Below, piece by piece: positions 12,033-25,402 of a DNA stretch of 34,567 bases. Under the pieces are notes generated by a model. The model had not been told where the DNA came from. It searched no databases and saw only the letters and a list, made by a program, of their open reading frames with translations. A program made the position numbers and the translations under genes. Source of the DNA: Ionaspis alba. Taxonomy: Eukaryota. How positions within the stretch are numbered: the stretch's first letter is position 1; each line of letters begins with the position of its first letter. The DNA lies in contig CAXUUL010000086.1 in NCBI GenBank assembly GCA_964255285.1, positions 1-34,567 of the forward strand, written 5' to 3'.

Positions 12033-15000
12033 CTAAATTGCACTCCCAACAGCCTCCTCCAGTGGTTGTGTTCGTACCTCCTCTAATGCTTTCCCATCCG
12101 AGCAGTCACAGCGGTAATGGGCCCGAAACTCAGAAGGAGCCAGACCAGAGAGTGATTCCAAAGCGTTGGAGCTTGCTTTAAGCTTTGCATACTTGCTTGA
12201 CGATGCAGTACCATCTGCGATTACTCGATCGTGGATCATGACGCCAGCGACGATGCGTGTAGGGGAGCCATCGATAGAAGGTAGCTCGTCTGACATGAGC
12301 CGGTAATTCGTGCAACCGAAGCTCAATGTAAGAAGATTGCTAAGGTATGTCTGCGTAGATGTCAGTCTTGGGAGTCATAGGAGGGCCGAGTGGGTTCGTT
12401 ACGGTGGGATGATTGTTTGCAAAGGTGTCATAAATGCTCATATCCTCGAAGTACCATCGAACATGAGAATCAAAGAAGCGCTCAACCTCCTTGAAGTTGA
12501 ACTTAGAATCGACGAAAACGGCTCCGATGTATGACTCGACTATATCCGGCAGACACTATCGCCAGGATCAGCCTCAACCACGAAGACAACGAACAACAAT
12601 GGGTCAAGAACAATACCTTTGGAGGATTCTTGGTGGTAGTCCAGTAGTCTCTTGTGCCATTCGACTCTTTCTCAGCTTCAACAATCTCGGTCACGTACTC
12701 TTGTACCAAATACATGTGAGACGGGCTGTTGAGTCGGAGATGCTTGTGGAAGCCCAGTTTGACGGATAGAGCCCCAAGGAACTTATTGGAGACCATAGCC
12801 ATCTATATTTCAAGTAAGTACATAATGCGGTACAAAGTACTACTCACCATGCCGTACCTTATGCTCTGTCAACCACTGTGGATCTCTGTCAGGATGACGG
12901 TGGAAGAGAAAGTTCACGCAAGCCATGTCAAGTAATGAGTCTCCCAGAAACTCAAGTCGTTGATAGCATGGTATTTTCTCCCATGAGAAAGGATACGACG
13001 GATGAGTGAATGCCGACCGTAGTACTCGAGGGTACCTGAACCCATAATCATGATCTTTCTGGACCTTAGCTGCAAGGTCGAGCTGGGATGCGGTGCAGGG
13101 AGCAGTTTGATAAGCTGGGAGACTGTATAGCTTGTAGTAGTCCTCCCACCTCTCGATATTGTGATCTGAGCTACAGACAACTGCCGTAACGGCTCTAACA
13201 GCCATGTCCATACTGCAGGTGTCGTTGTTAGATAACAGAGCCGCTCCTATCAGAGCCTCGCAGACATCTGCTATGGTCTTGTCATTGAGATGATGCTTGA
13301 AGACTTCTTTTCCAGTCTTCTTGTAGCCCTTGCCTTCGAGCAGCTTTATGCCTTCAGGATACCAAGTACGTCTATGGCATGTTAGTCTCCATAAGAATGA
13401 CATTGCGGAACATCTTTACCTGCTGAAGCTTTGGCTGCGAATGTATTCGTATAGCTTGATCTTGGTTGCTGCACCGAACAGATTCTTGTTGCAGATCATA
13501 AGCATTCTCTTGACGTGAGACTCGAACTCGTCGTCAATGGCGTTCTGAGCGTACAAAGAAATAGAAGTAGCCATCTTGAGAAAGCAATCGCCGATAAACT
13601 CGAGCCTTTCGTAGTTCTTTCCCATCCCGCGTTGGAAGTGGATCTGTTCGCTCCTGTGCTCCTCCATATTGTCTGAATCTTTAGTGAAGGCTTCTAAAGC
13701 TAGTTGAGGTGTGATTTGAAGATTCAAGAGACTGCAGCCTTCTAAGGCGATCAAATAAGACTCGAGACGGAATATTATGGCTGGGAACATGTATCCCATG
13801 TGTACGACTCCAGTCGGAAGCTTCACCAAAGGTCAGCGAGAACAGATAAACGAGGTCACTGAGGATACTTACCGCGGAGAATTTCAGAGGCTGTGGGCAA
13901 ACATAAGCTAAAGTTTTGACCTCTTTTTCGATGTCAGACCAATCGTCTAGCCAATTCCGTCGATGTAGTACCCTGGTAGCCTTCAATACCGGTTGATCCT
14001 GTTCCCAAGTGACTCTCGCCCTCGACTTAGCAAACAGGCTGACTGTGTAGTCGAGTATATTGTTGTTGTATTTGTGAGGCGCGCAGCCCTCAGGGAGCGG
14101 ATCGAGCGGACACAGGCTCGGTTCGACGCCGACTGAAAAGAATCGACGGCCGCCATCCCACCGATCAATCAGATATCGATCCACCATCTCCTCGTGCGGT
14201 GTATCTCTGCTCCAGGTAATTTCGTCGTTGTCCTGAACAAAGTCGACTGTTTTCCAATCAATAAGAGTATCAGGGGAAGGAAATCTGTTCGGACTAATGA
14301 TCGCATCAGAGCATTGTATGTCTAAGTCGATCAGGCTCCCAGAGTCGGATCCTCTGTCTGCATATATAGCCCCGTCCAGAAGTGGTGCAAGCCAGTACGA
14401 CATACGTTCCTCGTTGACCTCGTAAGTCTTATTGAAAATGTCTTTGAAGATGCGGAGAGTGAAACTAGTCAACTTGGCCAAACTAGAGGCCGTGACCTTT
14501 AAGGGGAGAGGCACGCGTTTGCAATTGACCTCCGAGATCACACCAGGTTGCGGGTGCAGGGGGAAGACAGGGAAATCAGGGAGAGGCTCGCGTGTCAACA
14601 TCGCCAGAGACTTGTAAACAGGGGTAGGTCCATTACCTTTAGTGACCAAATCTAGGATCGTGAAGTAGAGTTCTTCCGGAATTGCGCCCCATTGTGTCTC
14701 CCACAGACTAGGTTTAATGCGCATCTCGTACAGATTGGTCTTCTTCATATCAAGCGCCAAATGTGCGTTTCTCATGGCTGGGAGATGCTTATGGTATATG
14801 GGCAGCAGATGCCCGTCCAGGTATCCGTCTTGTCGTAACCTGAGGCAGGCTTCAAAGGCAGCTGATTGCTTGGCTATTGCCTTTCGAGCAGAAGGACGTC
14901 CGATGACCGATCGAATCGGGGCATTTTCAGGAAGAATAACTTCGCACAAATACTGCTTATTCTCGATGGTCATGATATACGTGACCTGGAGAGTTGTTTC

Positions 15001-17430
15001 ATTGTCGTGTGGCTACAAACATTCAGTATTGAAAGTCCTACTCATTGTGCGTGAACTGCATACCAGACAGCCCACGAAATGGGATAGTAATCCCAAGCTT
15101 GATCTGTAAGTCAACTTAGCACCCGTCGCAGGATCTTTATATATCCTGTGGGTCCGCTCCTTTTGGAATGCGTCGTCGAGATCGACGTCGTTACCAAGGA
15201 GGAGACGGTCAGCCGGGAGAGCTTCGCAGAAGTTCCGCATAACATGCTACAAATTGTTAGGGTGTGAGGCGCAAGTAAATTGGAGGGACTGACTTCTCCC
15301 AGACGAACTTCTTTCACTCCCTGAAGCTGCTGACGGTTACCACGCTCCACCATGTGCAGATACTTTAGATGTTAGCTAATGAACTCAACAGAAAGTTTGA
15401 TAATTACTTTCGAATTTTTATGCCGTGCTCTGCCCCGGCTCTGGATGTACTGGATCAGAGTGTCGTACAGGTCGAATCTTCCCACTTCAGTAACTTTACT
15501 TGTTTAAAAAATTGATGGGTTCTTACCTGACAATAGTATTGCAATCAGGTATATCAAGACCTTCCTCGGCAATTGAAGTGGCAAACTGCTAGAATCAGCG
15601 TAATGGTTCACTTCGAAGAGACTATATATTTGCACCAGACAATTCAGCTCCCCTTTGCGGAACTTCATCAAGGTCAAGACCTGCTGTCGCACCGTGAACT
15701 TGATATCTCCTGCTTCATCTGTTCGCGTGCCGATTAGTATACCGAGGCGAAGATGTGCATTCCCAATCCTCTTAAAGATCTCTCCGAGCAATCGTGCAGT
15801 ATAGCGCCTTTTTACGAAAACTATGCATCTTGCGTCTGTCGACTTCTCAAATAAGCTACTCAGGTAACCATGGAGACAGCGCACTTTCGAGCTTATGCTA
15901 TTGCCAGAGAATGAAGGTGGTAGGAATATATGATCGTTGACAATCTTCTTTGCTTCGCGGATCCGACTCAATTCTGCATCCAGTACGTCCACAGGACGTG
16001 AAACCTTGTCAGACAAGAAAGCCTTCTCGACTTTCCGCTCTAGCTTGTGAGCTTCTTCTTCAGCTAGCCCAAATGACCAGATTTGATCCGCACACCACTC
16101 CCCAAGATCAGCGGTAGCTTGTGTGGCCCATCGTATGAACCTGGCAAAGGACTCCAGATCGCCGTATCTACTCTCCATCTGTGCACAGAGAGGGGTCATG
16201 TATGGATGTGGAAGCGGATCGTAATCCATTATGCTTTCGCTAGGCCTGCTGACGGACATTCGCAGTAAGGAAAGATCAGCGGCGGTTGCGATTTGGCAGT
16301 CAAGAAGTGTCTCAAGTTCTTTAGCAGCCTGGACCACATCGACTTTGGCGTCGACTGGGGAAGCTGTCATACCGAATACCTTGGGGCGTCTGGATCTGTC
16401 TGTCTCTGCAAAGTAGAAGTCTTTAATTATTCTATAACACTTCAGAAAAAACTTTTCCCCCAGGAGGGGAATCAATACCTCGCATATCCATGGTTTTTCT
16501 TGGCATGATGCGCCTCATCAAAGATGAGTAGGTTGATCTGATCAATGCTTATGAACGAATGTGAAAGACAGTTGTACAAGACCTCGGCGGTACAGACAAT
16601 GGCCACGTTCTCCTTGAAGTGATGCTCCCATATCGACTTCTCCCAGAGATGAGTGTTCATGTCCCCGCAAAATCGGTCAATCTTCTGGTCCAGATTACAT
16701 TCGAGCACGGCAAATTGCTGAAAAACCAGTGTCACACAATCGACCTGGATAATGGTCAGCGAATGAGTACACGCTAGCATGGAAGAAAGCCTTTCGAACA
16801 AGGAAAAAGGAGATCCGACGGGATTTGCCCTGCGATCGATCTTCGAGCTCTTGATCAATAATATGCTTTAGCAATAACACCGCAATCAGGGTCTTCCCAG
16901 AACCTGTATCAAGAACAGCGATGGTGTTCTGTTTCTTGGCTCTTTCAAAGAGCTCGACTTGGTATTCCCTAGGGTCAGTGATTATGACATTGGACTCCTG
17001 CTTGGACATAAGAAGTCGGATCGACAATTCCTCGTCGTTTGCATTCTGGATTGCAGTTTTCACTTCCTCTTTCGTGACCTTTTCCGCCCTCGTCGATAGC
17101 CTGTAATATTTAGCGGTTACACCATCCGACTCTGGGTAGGCATTGATACCATGAAGAGAATATCGCATTCTGGGCACGTCTCCGCTCGGTGACGTGCTGT
17201 GGCCTCGTCCCGTCTTCCCGCTCACTGTCTAAGTCGTCAAGTGATTCTAGTACTTCTTTAGTACTATCTGAATTCTTAGTAGGGCCCGTCCCATTTAAGT
17301 TCTCAGATATTAGGGGCTCAAAAGTATCATCGTAGCTACGCTTCCGGTCTGTTGACACAACAGCAGAAGAAGATACAATCTCTCGAAGTGGGCTTGCAGA
17401 CTTCATGGCATCAAGCATCTTCGGTAACAT
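12033..17430 (-). CDS. dcl1: Dicer-like protein 1 (DExD/H helicase, Dicer dsRNA-binding fold, PAZ, 2x RNase III, dsRBD). 14 exons; introns 17149-17101, 16799-16745, 16478-16432, 15635-15586, 15526-15478, 15407-15363, 15293-15247, 15063-15013, 13872-13821, 13419-13372, 12857-12803, 12616-12556, 12402-12351
   Basis: Motifs [45 protein letters not shown] and QSRGRAR. RNase III signatures [13 protein letters not shown] and [13 protein letters not shown], plus DIVESYIGA and a C-terminal C..H..CDC zinc motif typical of fungal Dcl1/Dcr1. The start codon at 17430 is the best guess. Confidence 0.93.
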
Positions 17431-17784
17431 ATTGAAAGATTTACTTTGCGAATTTGTGTAAGACAATTGATCAAGAATGGAGATATCTCTCCATCCTGCA
17501 GTAGCAATTCAACGGCGAAGGAGAGTCAGCTGTAGAGTCGTCCGATGTGGAATTTCACAAACACTGTAAATTGTGGGCAGCCAGAGTAGAATGGTTCGCC
17601 AACGGCTCTGTATCATGAGTACGGTGATGCGAAGTGCTCTGCGTGGGCACACAGGGACTAAGTTCTCTCATGACTTGTGTTGAAGACAAATGAAAAGCTC
17701 TTACTGAGTTTCATAGCCGAATTGTTTGTTTCAACAAACTGTACCGACAAAACTATCCTCCATTGGTCAACACAACATATTATC

Positions 17785-18904
17785 ATGAGTGAATTACAGA
17801 CCAGTATCCGCACTCTGTTCTCTACAGCAAAAAGGTTACGCAAGCAATTAGACTCGCTAGAGTCCACGAACCAGGCATACCAAGATGGTCTCCGCGAAGC
17901 CATTTCCGCTCTAGAGGAGTGCCGCAAGCTTGCCGACGATGTATCGCTGTTTAGCCCAAACGAGACAGAGGAAGACGTTTCGTCTGGAGATCTCCAATAC
18001 CTTTCTATCGATTACTTTCTTGGAGACCTCATACCAAGATTGACATTTGCTGATCGGAAGACCCTACTCCAGAAGACACAAGACGCGTACGATCGATACC
18101 TTGGGCGGCTGGACAACTATGACATGCTATCTAAAGAAGATCGGAAGCTGTACGAGAGATATCTAGACAATAAGGATGTCTTCTCACTCCTGACGAGCCC
18201 GGACGCATCCATAAGACGTGGTACCAAGATAGCACGGTTCAAGCAAGAGAAGGACCTAAAGCAGAAGCTTGAAGTGAGGTCTCTCATCTCCACATGATTC
18301 TCTCTATTGACTCTGAACAAAGTACCTCTCGCAAAACCCCGCCGCACTTCAGAACGATGACTCCGCATTGCGAGCTCTCTACCTCGCGGAAATTACCCTC
18401 CACACGCATCAAACATTCCATGCCCTTGACCAGATAGCTCAAGAACTCAAAATTCTAGCTCTGGCACCTCCTACACCACCACCTGATCCTTCAACTTTAG
18501 TACAGGATCATCGGCAACCGATAGGCCAGCCTACTGATACCTATTCCGCTCGTCTAGACCCTCCAATATCACAGCTTCTCCGTAGCGGAAATGCTGGACC
18601 TATCCTCAGTAAGGATGGCAAACCTCTGAAACCCTTCACGCTCTTAGACAGTCGGCAAAGACTACGAAACGGAGTGTTCCGACCTGATCATAGCCTGCCA
18701 ACCATGACGATCGACGAGTATCTCGCCGAGGAGAGACGGCGTGGAGGCATGATCGAAGGAGGAGGGGAGCAGAGTGGTGCACAGGTGCCTATCAATGAAG
18801 ATGACCTAGAAGCAGCAGACAGGGAGACGATGAAAGCGAGGGAGTGGGATGAGTTCAAGGAGGAAAACCCCAAGGGCAGCGGAAATACTCTTAATAGGGG
18901 ATGA
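17785..18904 (+). CDS. TAP42: TAP42/alpha4 PP2A-associated protein. Exons 17785-18273, 18323-18904
   Basis: Motifs SLFSPNETEEDVSSGDLQYL, KIARFKQEK, GPILSKDGKPLKPFTL, VFRPDHSLPTMTIDEYL and KAREWDEFKEENPKGSGNTLNRG. Intron 18274-18322. Confidence 0.93.
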
Positions 18905-19052
18905 GATTGTGGTCAGGCTAGCATATTTGCTACCTGATTTCGATCTATGCGTTGCTAAGAAATGCCATATGTACTCACTGTACAATATCTATCCTTTCTG
19001 AAAATGCCGGCCCTACTCCTTTTGATCTATACCCGTGACACCAGTCTCCCCA

Positions 19053-19986
19053 TTACCGATCCCGTCCCAATCTCTCCTCCTCATCCCCTTCAAGTTCATA
19101 AGCTGGCTTAAACAGCTCCGTCCCATCAATTCTCAGCGCCGGGTTAGGATGCGTATCCGTAGTTCCGCCCAGACTTGTATACCCTTTATCGTAAAGCTCG
19201 CAATATGGAATCTCTAAATGCCGTATAAACTGCATCTTCACATGTCAGCCTTTTCCTACACTGTGCCTGTTCCCATCCCGGCCACTGAATCCCCCACAGC
19301 TCAGCATGATGGAGCTCTTACACTCCAGACTTCCACATAATGCCAATCAATAACCGGATGCACCCTCATAAAAGGCGGCCACCCATGATCCGTTGCATCA
19401 AAGCTCGTCAACGAACCCCCGTGCGGATCCGTCCTCCTTGTTCCGACAAAGATCGCCTTCACCTCTTTTTTCTGAGACAGATAGTCCTCAAACGCTGCTT
19501 TCATGCTCGCTCGGGCGAGGCGGGTCAGAGAAAGATGATAGTCGGTGGAGGATTGCTCGACGAAGGCTTCCACCTCGGGAAAGGGGTGAGGTGGAACAAT
19601 GTATATCGACTCAAGATGTGCAGGGAGGTCGGGATGGGTAGCGAGTGCCGCAAGATACAGGATCAAGAGGACGAGGCAGTCTTTGCCTCCATTATAGGAG
19701 AGAGAGAGTGCGGAGAGACTACCGGAGATGGTGGGGTCAGCATTGATTATGTTAGCTGCTTGAGGGCAGCTTCACACCTGTATCTCTGTAAAGCTTCGTG
19801 TAGTACGGCTAGTGATATTCTCGTCTGGGCTTGTGTTCGTCGCAGCGTTTCCGTCTTGAGGTCTTCCTGAAGGAACGCCTCGACGCGATCGCGCAAAGTG
19901 GTGCATAGGGTTCGGAGTGTATTCTTGCCATCAGATTGGGCTGCGTTGGTCTCTTGGGCTATGGGACCAGGCGCAGATTTTGTCAT
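19053..19986 (-). CDS. FAD1: FAD synthetase (PAPS-reductase fold). Exons 19986-19778, 19718-19322, 19229-19053
   Basis: Motifs LSYNGGKDCLVLL, GTRRTDPHG, RVHPVIDW, YCELYDKGYTSLGG, HPNPAL and ERLGR. GT-AG introns 19777-19719 and 19321-19230. Confidence 0.92.
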
Positions 19987-20266
19987 GACGAGCCGGCTGC
20001 GTTACTTGCCATCCATCTATATTGCGGCAAAGAGCGCACCTTGCAGATTGACTGTATGCGGCCTTGGGTCAGCACCTTCATGTTTCTGATGACGTTCTCG
20101 GCTAGGGTTTAGTTGCTAGAAGTTACATATTTATCTACCGTCGGAGAAAAATTCCGCGAGGAACGTAGGCTGATTATTTTCACAATCTAGTTAGTCTCAA
20201 AATTCAGTTCTAGGTAGCACTAGATTTGTTTTAATAACTTCAGCATTAGCTACAGTATATCACTGT

Positions 20267-22648
20267 CTACTTCAGCAGACCAGACGCTAGTGCCTCCAGA
20301 TCCTCAAGGGTCTCTGGCTCCACTATGAATTCACGAGCTTGCTTCCGGGCGATCGAGTTGCTATCATTATCAGAATCATCCTCGAACCATTTCTTTGGTC
20401 TTTTCCGCGTCGAATTGGAATCTTCTTTCTCATCGACGCTGTTCGCCTCTGGCTCTTCAAACGGAATAAGAATAGCTTGACGGCCATTCTCCGCCTTCTC
20501 ATCAATCTCAAGAGCTTCCCTCGCCTTCCTCTTCTCCTTTCGCACCCTCCTCTTCTCTTTCTCAGTTCGCTTGTCCTCAAGATCCGCATTGCGTACCCTT
20601 TCCTCCTCCGCTTTGAGAAAATTGGCTCTTTGATCAGCAGCTGGACCACGCTGTTTGAACTGCTCCTCGTCTTTCAGCTCATATAATTCATGGGGATTGC
20701 CATCGTCGTCGTAGATCAATTTCGAGCCTTTTCCTTTGAGCTTCAGCATTGCTTTCTTCGACTTAAGCATTTTTTCTCTTCTCTTCGAATCAATCTGCAA
20801 AGCATCTTTGCCCACAGCTGGAACCGTCTTCAACTTGGTCTTGATATTTTCGGTCTCTGTATCTGCAACCACAGCCACATCTGCATCAGAAGCGTCACTC
20901 AAGCGACGTTTGACAGTCAAGAAGTCGTTGTCTTCGTCTGCATCACCGGTTACGTTTCGAACATCTTCTTCGTTCTCGTTGATCAACTTCGAATAGTGGT
21001 CTGCGAGCACGTCCTGGTTCCTTCGCTCGAATATGCGGTCATACTTTGTTCTCACTTGTTCTTTCTCTGAAGATACCTTCTCTGCATTCTCACCAACGTT
21101 GTCCTCGTCCTCAGAAGAAGACACACTATGGCGTGGAGCATTTTTTAAGGCTTTGGCATTATCTCCTTTTCGAAACTTTATACGAGGGGCACCTGGGAGA
21201 CCCAAGCTTGCGGAAAACTCCTCCAGCGGTAGTTCATTGATCTTGAAAATCTCCTTATCTTTGTGTATGTGTATGGATCTGACATAAGACACGAATGCTT
21301 TTTGACCGAGATACTTGATTTCGGGATCCTTGAAACACATGTTCTGTAATGAGGTCCGGATGCTATGCTGCTTTTTCTGCTTCACCTTGATCTTTTCTAC
21401 AGGAACTTTCTTCTGTGCCAATCGTTTCAGCATACCTTCTTCCTCGCTAGGTTCGAGGAAAAGAACAGCTCGACCCACACGTTCATAGCGTGCCGTACGA
21501 CCGACACGATGAATATAGGTGTCTGCATCCTCGGGACAATCTAGTTGAATCACCCAATCCACAGCGGGAAAGTCCAGTCCTCTCGCTACAACATCCGTGG
21601 CGAATAAACAAGAATTCTTTGTCGAAGCAAATTTCGTGGTTATGTCTAGTCTTCCACTCTGCTTCTGTCTTCCATGCAGATGTAGTAACGGTATACCAGG
21701 CTGGAGGTGCCTGAAACACTCATACACAAATCTCACCTGCTTCCCCGACGACAGAAAGACCAGGATCTTTGACTTCGTGTTCGCCCGGATAAAGCTCCAT
21801 AGAGTATCAAGCTTCTCTGGCAATGGTATGACAATGTAGTGTTGCTGCAATGTTGAAGGCGTAGAGCTGTCCGCTTTCTCATGCACAGAAACATATTCTG
21901 GGTCTCTCAAGCTCAACCTAGCGAGATCTGATACCTTCTTCGTCTGCGTCGCACTGAATAGCATAGTCTGTCTCTCTTTAGGTAGGTGCTCGACAATAGC
22001 GTCCACAGTTCCTTGGAATCCCATATCCAGTATTCGATCCGCCTCGTCCAGTACCAGCATTTGCAAATTGTCAATCTCAAAAGCAGCCGTCTGATCCATG
22101 TGTTGCAGCATTCTCCCAGGGGTGCAGACCAGTATATTCATTCTTCTCAACCGCTCTCGCTCTTCCTGTAGACTTTTGCCTCCGATGACTAGTCCTGCAG
22201 AAAAGGTATGGTACCGTCCAATCTTCCGCAGAACCTCGAATATCTGAATCGCCAGTTCCCGAGTAGGGGAAAGAATCAAAGCACCAAGCCCGTCCAGTTC
22301 GGTCCATCTTTTTCGGTATAGATTCTCGAGTACGGGGATAAGAAATGCTAGGGTCTTCCCACTGCCTGTTTTTGCTGCTCCAAGTATGTCTGATCCTTTC
22401 AATGCAAAAGAAATAGCTTTTTGTTGGATATCCGTCAATACCTTGAAGTGAGAAGCTTCCAAGCCAGACGCGGTTGGCTCGGAAAGAGGAAGATCCGTAA
22501 AGTTTGTAGGTGTGTCTTGTCCTGGCTGAAGCTCCTGCACCCGCCGCTCTAAAGTCGCGATGTCTTCTTCTCCGCGCTTCCTCTTCAGCGTCCGGGCCTG
22601 AGGCTGTTTTGGCTTTGGACGCCTCTTGAGTACTCGCTCTGAATCCAT
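20267..22648 (-). CDS. DBP4: DEAD-box RNA helicase Dbp4/DDX10 (18S rRNA biogenesis), intronless
   Basis: Motifs [22 protein letters not shown] and HRVGRTAR, plus family-typical [35 protein letters not shown] and [16 protein letters not shown]. The first ATG is at 22648. Confidence 0.95.
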   Translation of the reverse strand: MDSERVLKRRPKPKQPQARTLKRKRGEEDIATLERRVQELQPGQDTPTNFTDLPLSEPTASGLEASHFKVLTDIQQKAISFALKGSDILGAAKTGSGKTLAFLIPVLENLYRKRWTELDGLGALILSPTRELAIQIFEVLRKIGRYHTFSAGLVIGGKSLQEERERLRRMNILVCTPGRMLQHMDQTAAFEIDNLQMLVLDEADRILDMGFQGTVDAIVEHLPKERQTMLFSATQTKKVSDLARLSLRDPEYVSVHEKADSSTPSTLQQHYIVIPLPEKLDTLWSFIRANTKSKILVFLSSGKQVRFVYECFRHLQPGIPLLHLHGRQKQSGRLDITTKFASTKNSCLFATDVVARGLDFPAVDWVIQLDCPEDADTYIHRVGRTARYERVGRAVLFLEPSEEEGMLKRLAQKKVPVEKIKVKQKKQHSIRTSLQNMCFKDPEIKYLGQKAFVSYVRSIHIHKDKEIFKINELPLEEFSASLGLPGAPRIKFRKGDNAKALKNAPRHSVSSSEDEDNVGENAEKVSSEKEQVRTKYDRIFERRNQDVLADHYSKLINENEEDVRNVTGDADEDNDFLTVKRRLSDASDADVAVVADTETENIKTKLKTVPAVGKDALQIDSKRREKMLKSKKAMLKLKGKGSKLIYDDDGNPHELYELKDEEQFKQRGPAADQRANFLKAEEERVRNADLEDKRTEKEKRRVRKEKRKAREALEIDEKAENGRQAILIPFEEPEANSVDEKEDSNSTRKRPKKWFEDDSDNDSNSIARKQAREFIVEPETLEDLEALASGLLK

Positions 22649-22740
22649 AGTTTCTTTGCTAACGAGACTTGAACATTTGTTGTCGGCCCAATCTTTTTCT
22701 GGTCGTTTGCGCAGATTATGCGCTAAGCCCTGTTCATTTC

Positions 22741-22750
22741 TTATCGATAA
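22741..22750. promoter_or_regulatory. Palindrome TTATCGATAA in the 199-bp divergent DBP4/SPF31 promoter
   Basis: A perfect 10-bp palindrome centred between the two start codons. The core TATCGATA recurs at 29932-29939 in another divergent promoter. Confidence 0.35.
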
Positions 22751-22847
22751 CAAGCCTGTACCTGCGCATATTGATCCAGGTTTCAGACCAGCTGCGGTGC
22801 TGATTCGCGCCTCCAACTACTACGAGAGCTTACACAGGGTTGACAGT

Positions 22848-23641
22848 ATGGCCATCAAAGAAGAAGGCAAGACGCCTGACAAGGGACAAGATGACAGCAA
22901 AGACTCCCTTGCAGCTCTGGACGCCCTGGAAAAAGAAGCATCCGAATTCAATAAAGTTAGTGCCCCGACCACTGGAGCTACTTACTCTGCTGACTTGATC
23001 ACAATAGGATGCTGAAATAGACCGTATTCTCAAAGCCTTTAAACTAGATGCGTGAGCATATCCCTACCATCCACCTTGTCCCACACTAATTCCTCTCAAG
23101 CTACGCAGTCCTCGATCTCCAACCTGGTGTCCCCGAAAGCGACATCAAGATCACCTACCGCAAAAAGTCCCTTCTCATACATCCCGACAAGACTTCCAAC
23201 CCCCTCGCTCCCGCTGCCTTTGACGCCCTCAAGAAAGCGTCCTCTGAGCTCTCGGACGAAAAGTCCCGCGCCCGCCTGGATGAATGCATAGCCGATGCGC
23301 GCATGCTCCTCATGCGAGAGCGCAAGCTCACGGTTGACTCACCCGAGATGAGGGACATGAGCTCGGAACTACAGGCCGCGTGGCGGCAGAAGACGGTCGA
23401 GGTGCTAGTGGATGCGGAACACAGGCGGCGGAAACAATTGAAGGCGCAGATGCAGGAGGAGGGTCGAGAGCAGAGAAAGGTGGATGAGGAAGTTGAGGCT
23501 AGGAAGAGGAAGAGGGAGCATGAGACTGCGTGGGAAGATACAAGGGAGAAGAGGATTGGGAGTTGGAGAGATTTTCAGGGAAAGGTGGGTAAGGAGGGAA
23601 CGGAGGGGAAGAAGAAAAAGAAGATGAAGGTCTTGGGGTAG
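22848..23641 (+). CDS. SPF31: J-domain protein, DNAJC8/Spf31 family. Exons 22848-22955, 23008-23051, 23101-23641
   Basis: The spliced product reads EFNKDAEIDRILKAFKLDAYAVLDLQPG..YRKKSLLIHPDK (HPD motif), with C-terminal WEDTREKRIGSWRDF and KKKKKMKVLG. Confidence 0.88.
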
Positions 23642-25402
23642 AAATGCTGGCTTTGGTGTTGGAGGATTCGTGTTTGACTGAAAAAGCATGCTGAGGGCGT
23701 TACTACAAGCCTTGAGGAAGGTTTGCACAGTGCTGAACTCGATCAGGGAAACCTTGGTGTCCGTCGCTAGATCATCTAGTCAGCGTTGAGGCACTCCGAG
23801 GACAGGTATCCAAGGCATAGATGAGGCAACACTGCCAATTTTGTTGGCTTTATAGAGCATCATAAATTTCACAGGTGGCTTTGGCTTGGGAAGCATTTGG
23901 ATGCATAGATCAACTGCAATACTCGGTTCACCGAGATGTTTAACCAGCCTAATCAAGCTGGGCAGTTGATGGTGATGCTGTAGAATACATAAACCATAAA
24001 GAGGTGCTTCAGGCTAAGTATCAATTGCGGGCCCGTCGAGAGCTCCGATGCTTATATGCTCCAGGTGTAGTCAAGCAGCACTGACTTCTTGCTGCACGGT
24101 GTTCCTAGAGAACCTTCTGTATTTAGACCAGAGGCGATGGAGTCCACAATCATCAACAGCCAAAACGTACAAGTGACTCAGTTGGGGCAGGGGAGGCAGA
24201 TCCGCTAGACCGCCACTAAGACTTAGGAACCAGTTTCTACTCCATTGATTGCATTGCATACCACATCAATCTCTGTTTCGACTCAATCAACTGATTGGTG
24301 TGGCACACTCCTCGCAGCCTCGGGACTCGAACCTTTCGAGCTTGGGGGCGATCCCTTGAGACATTCTCCTCCTTTTTGTCGGAGTTTGCATCCACTTAGA
24401 CCAACCAAAATCTCCGAGAAGCAGGAGAAGCGTGGACAACATGACGGAACGCTTCTGCAGACGTTTGCATAGGTTGCGAACGTATTCCAGCGATATCTTA
24501 GGACGCTGTAGTCAATTCGGACTTTCAGAATGCAGCCCAATCATAGCAAAGCTTCACTTGCAGCTGAAAGTGAGGCTGAAGTGCGGGATGCGCGCCTTCA
24601 GGAGCCTCATCCAGGCAACCACCACCAAACGTCTATCCGACGTGCGTTGCGCTTCTTTTCTTTCTCTCGCAAGTCTTGCTTGGTTAATTCTCTTAACTTC
24701 ACCGCACATATTGTATGACAATGAGGAATCATTTGATTGTTTGGAATCATCAAGAAAGCTGTTTGTGTTTGTTCCACCTTCAGGAGAGCAGAGCGGCATC
24801 TGGGAAAAGGCTGTGATTCACACGATCCGCTGTGCCCTCTTCTAGATTCCGCTTTAGACATCAAACCTCCCATCTCACCTTTCTACCTTGGTGCTTCCTC
24901 CTTCATGATTCCATCTCTTGCGCTCTATGACTCTTCATCACAAAACGGATGAGCAATTCCTTACATAAGAAGCACAAGATCTGATTCGGTCTTGGATTCT
25001 TGCCCCGGACACCCCACCTTCTGTGAAGAATCGAAAAACAAATGCATCACATCTGACCATTTTGCCAACCCCAATTCGCCTTATTACGCCACGCACCGCA
25101 GGAGGAATCCGCAAGATTGCTTGCTGTGCAACCAATTAGACTACCACAGCTTTAAGGAGACGATCATAGCGCCGCCACTTGCTGTTAATCGATTCCATCT
25201 AAGGTTCAGAGTGGACGATTAATACCGTTTTCAGGACGTCCAATGGGAGGAGGTATCCCTTGAGCAGCCTCTACATCTAATCTACCAAGAGAAGCCCTAT
25301 AACTTCAAGCCATCTTCATAGTATCTTGCCAACCAGTCGCTTGATTCAAGGTGATTCGCGGCCACGAGTGCTGGGATTACTTCGGTCCAAGCTTTCATCA
25401 GT

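Noticed and set aside
22649..22816. N-terminal extension of DBP4 from TTG at 22816
   Set aside because: It is a non-ATG start spanning the shared promoter, and ATG 22648 gives a normal-length Dbp4.
24310..24345. tRNA-like B-box GGTTCGAGTCCC on the minus strand
   Set aside because: No proper T-stem, acceptor stem, D-arm or anticodon arm can be formed. Only a small local hairpin is present.
24737..25222. Two plus-strand ORFs joined by one in-frame TGA (readthrough or selenocysteine)
   Set aside because: It has no ATG start, no recognisable protein features and no evident SECIS. It is most likely promoter or UTR sequence.
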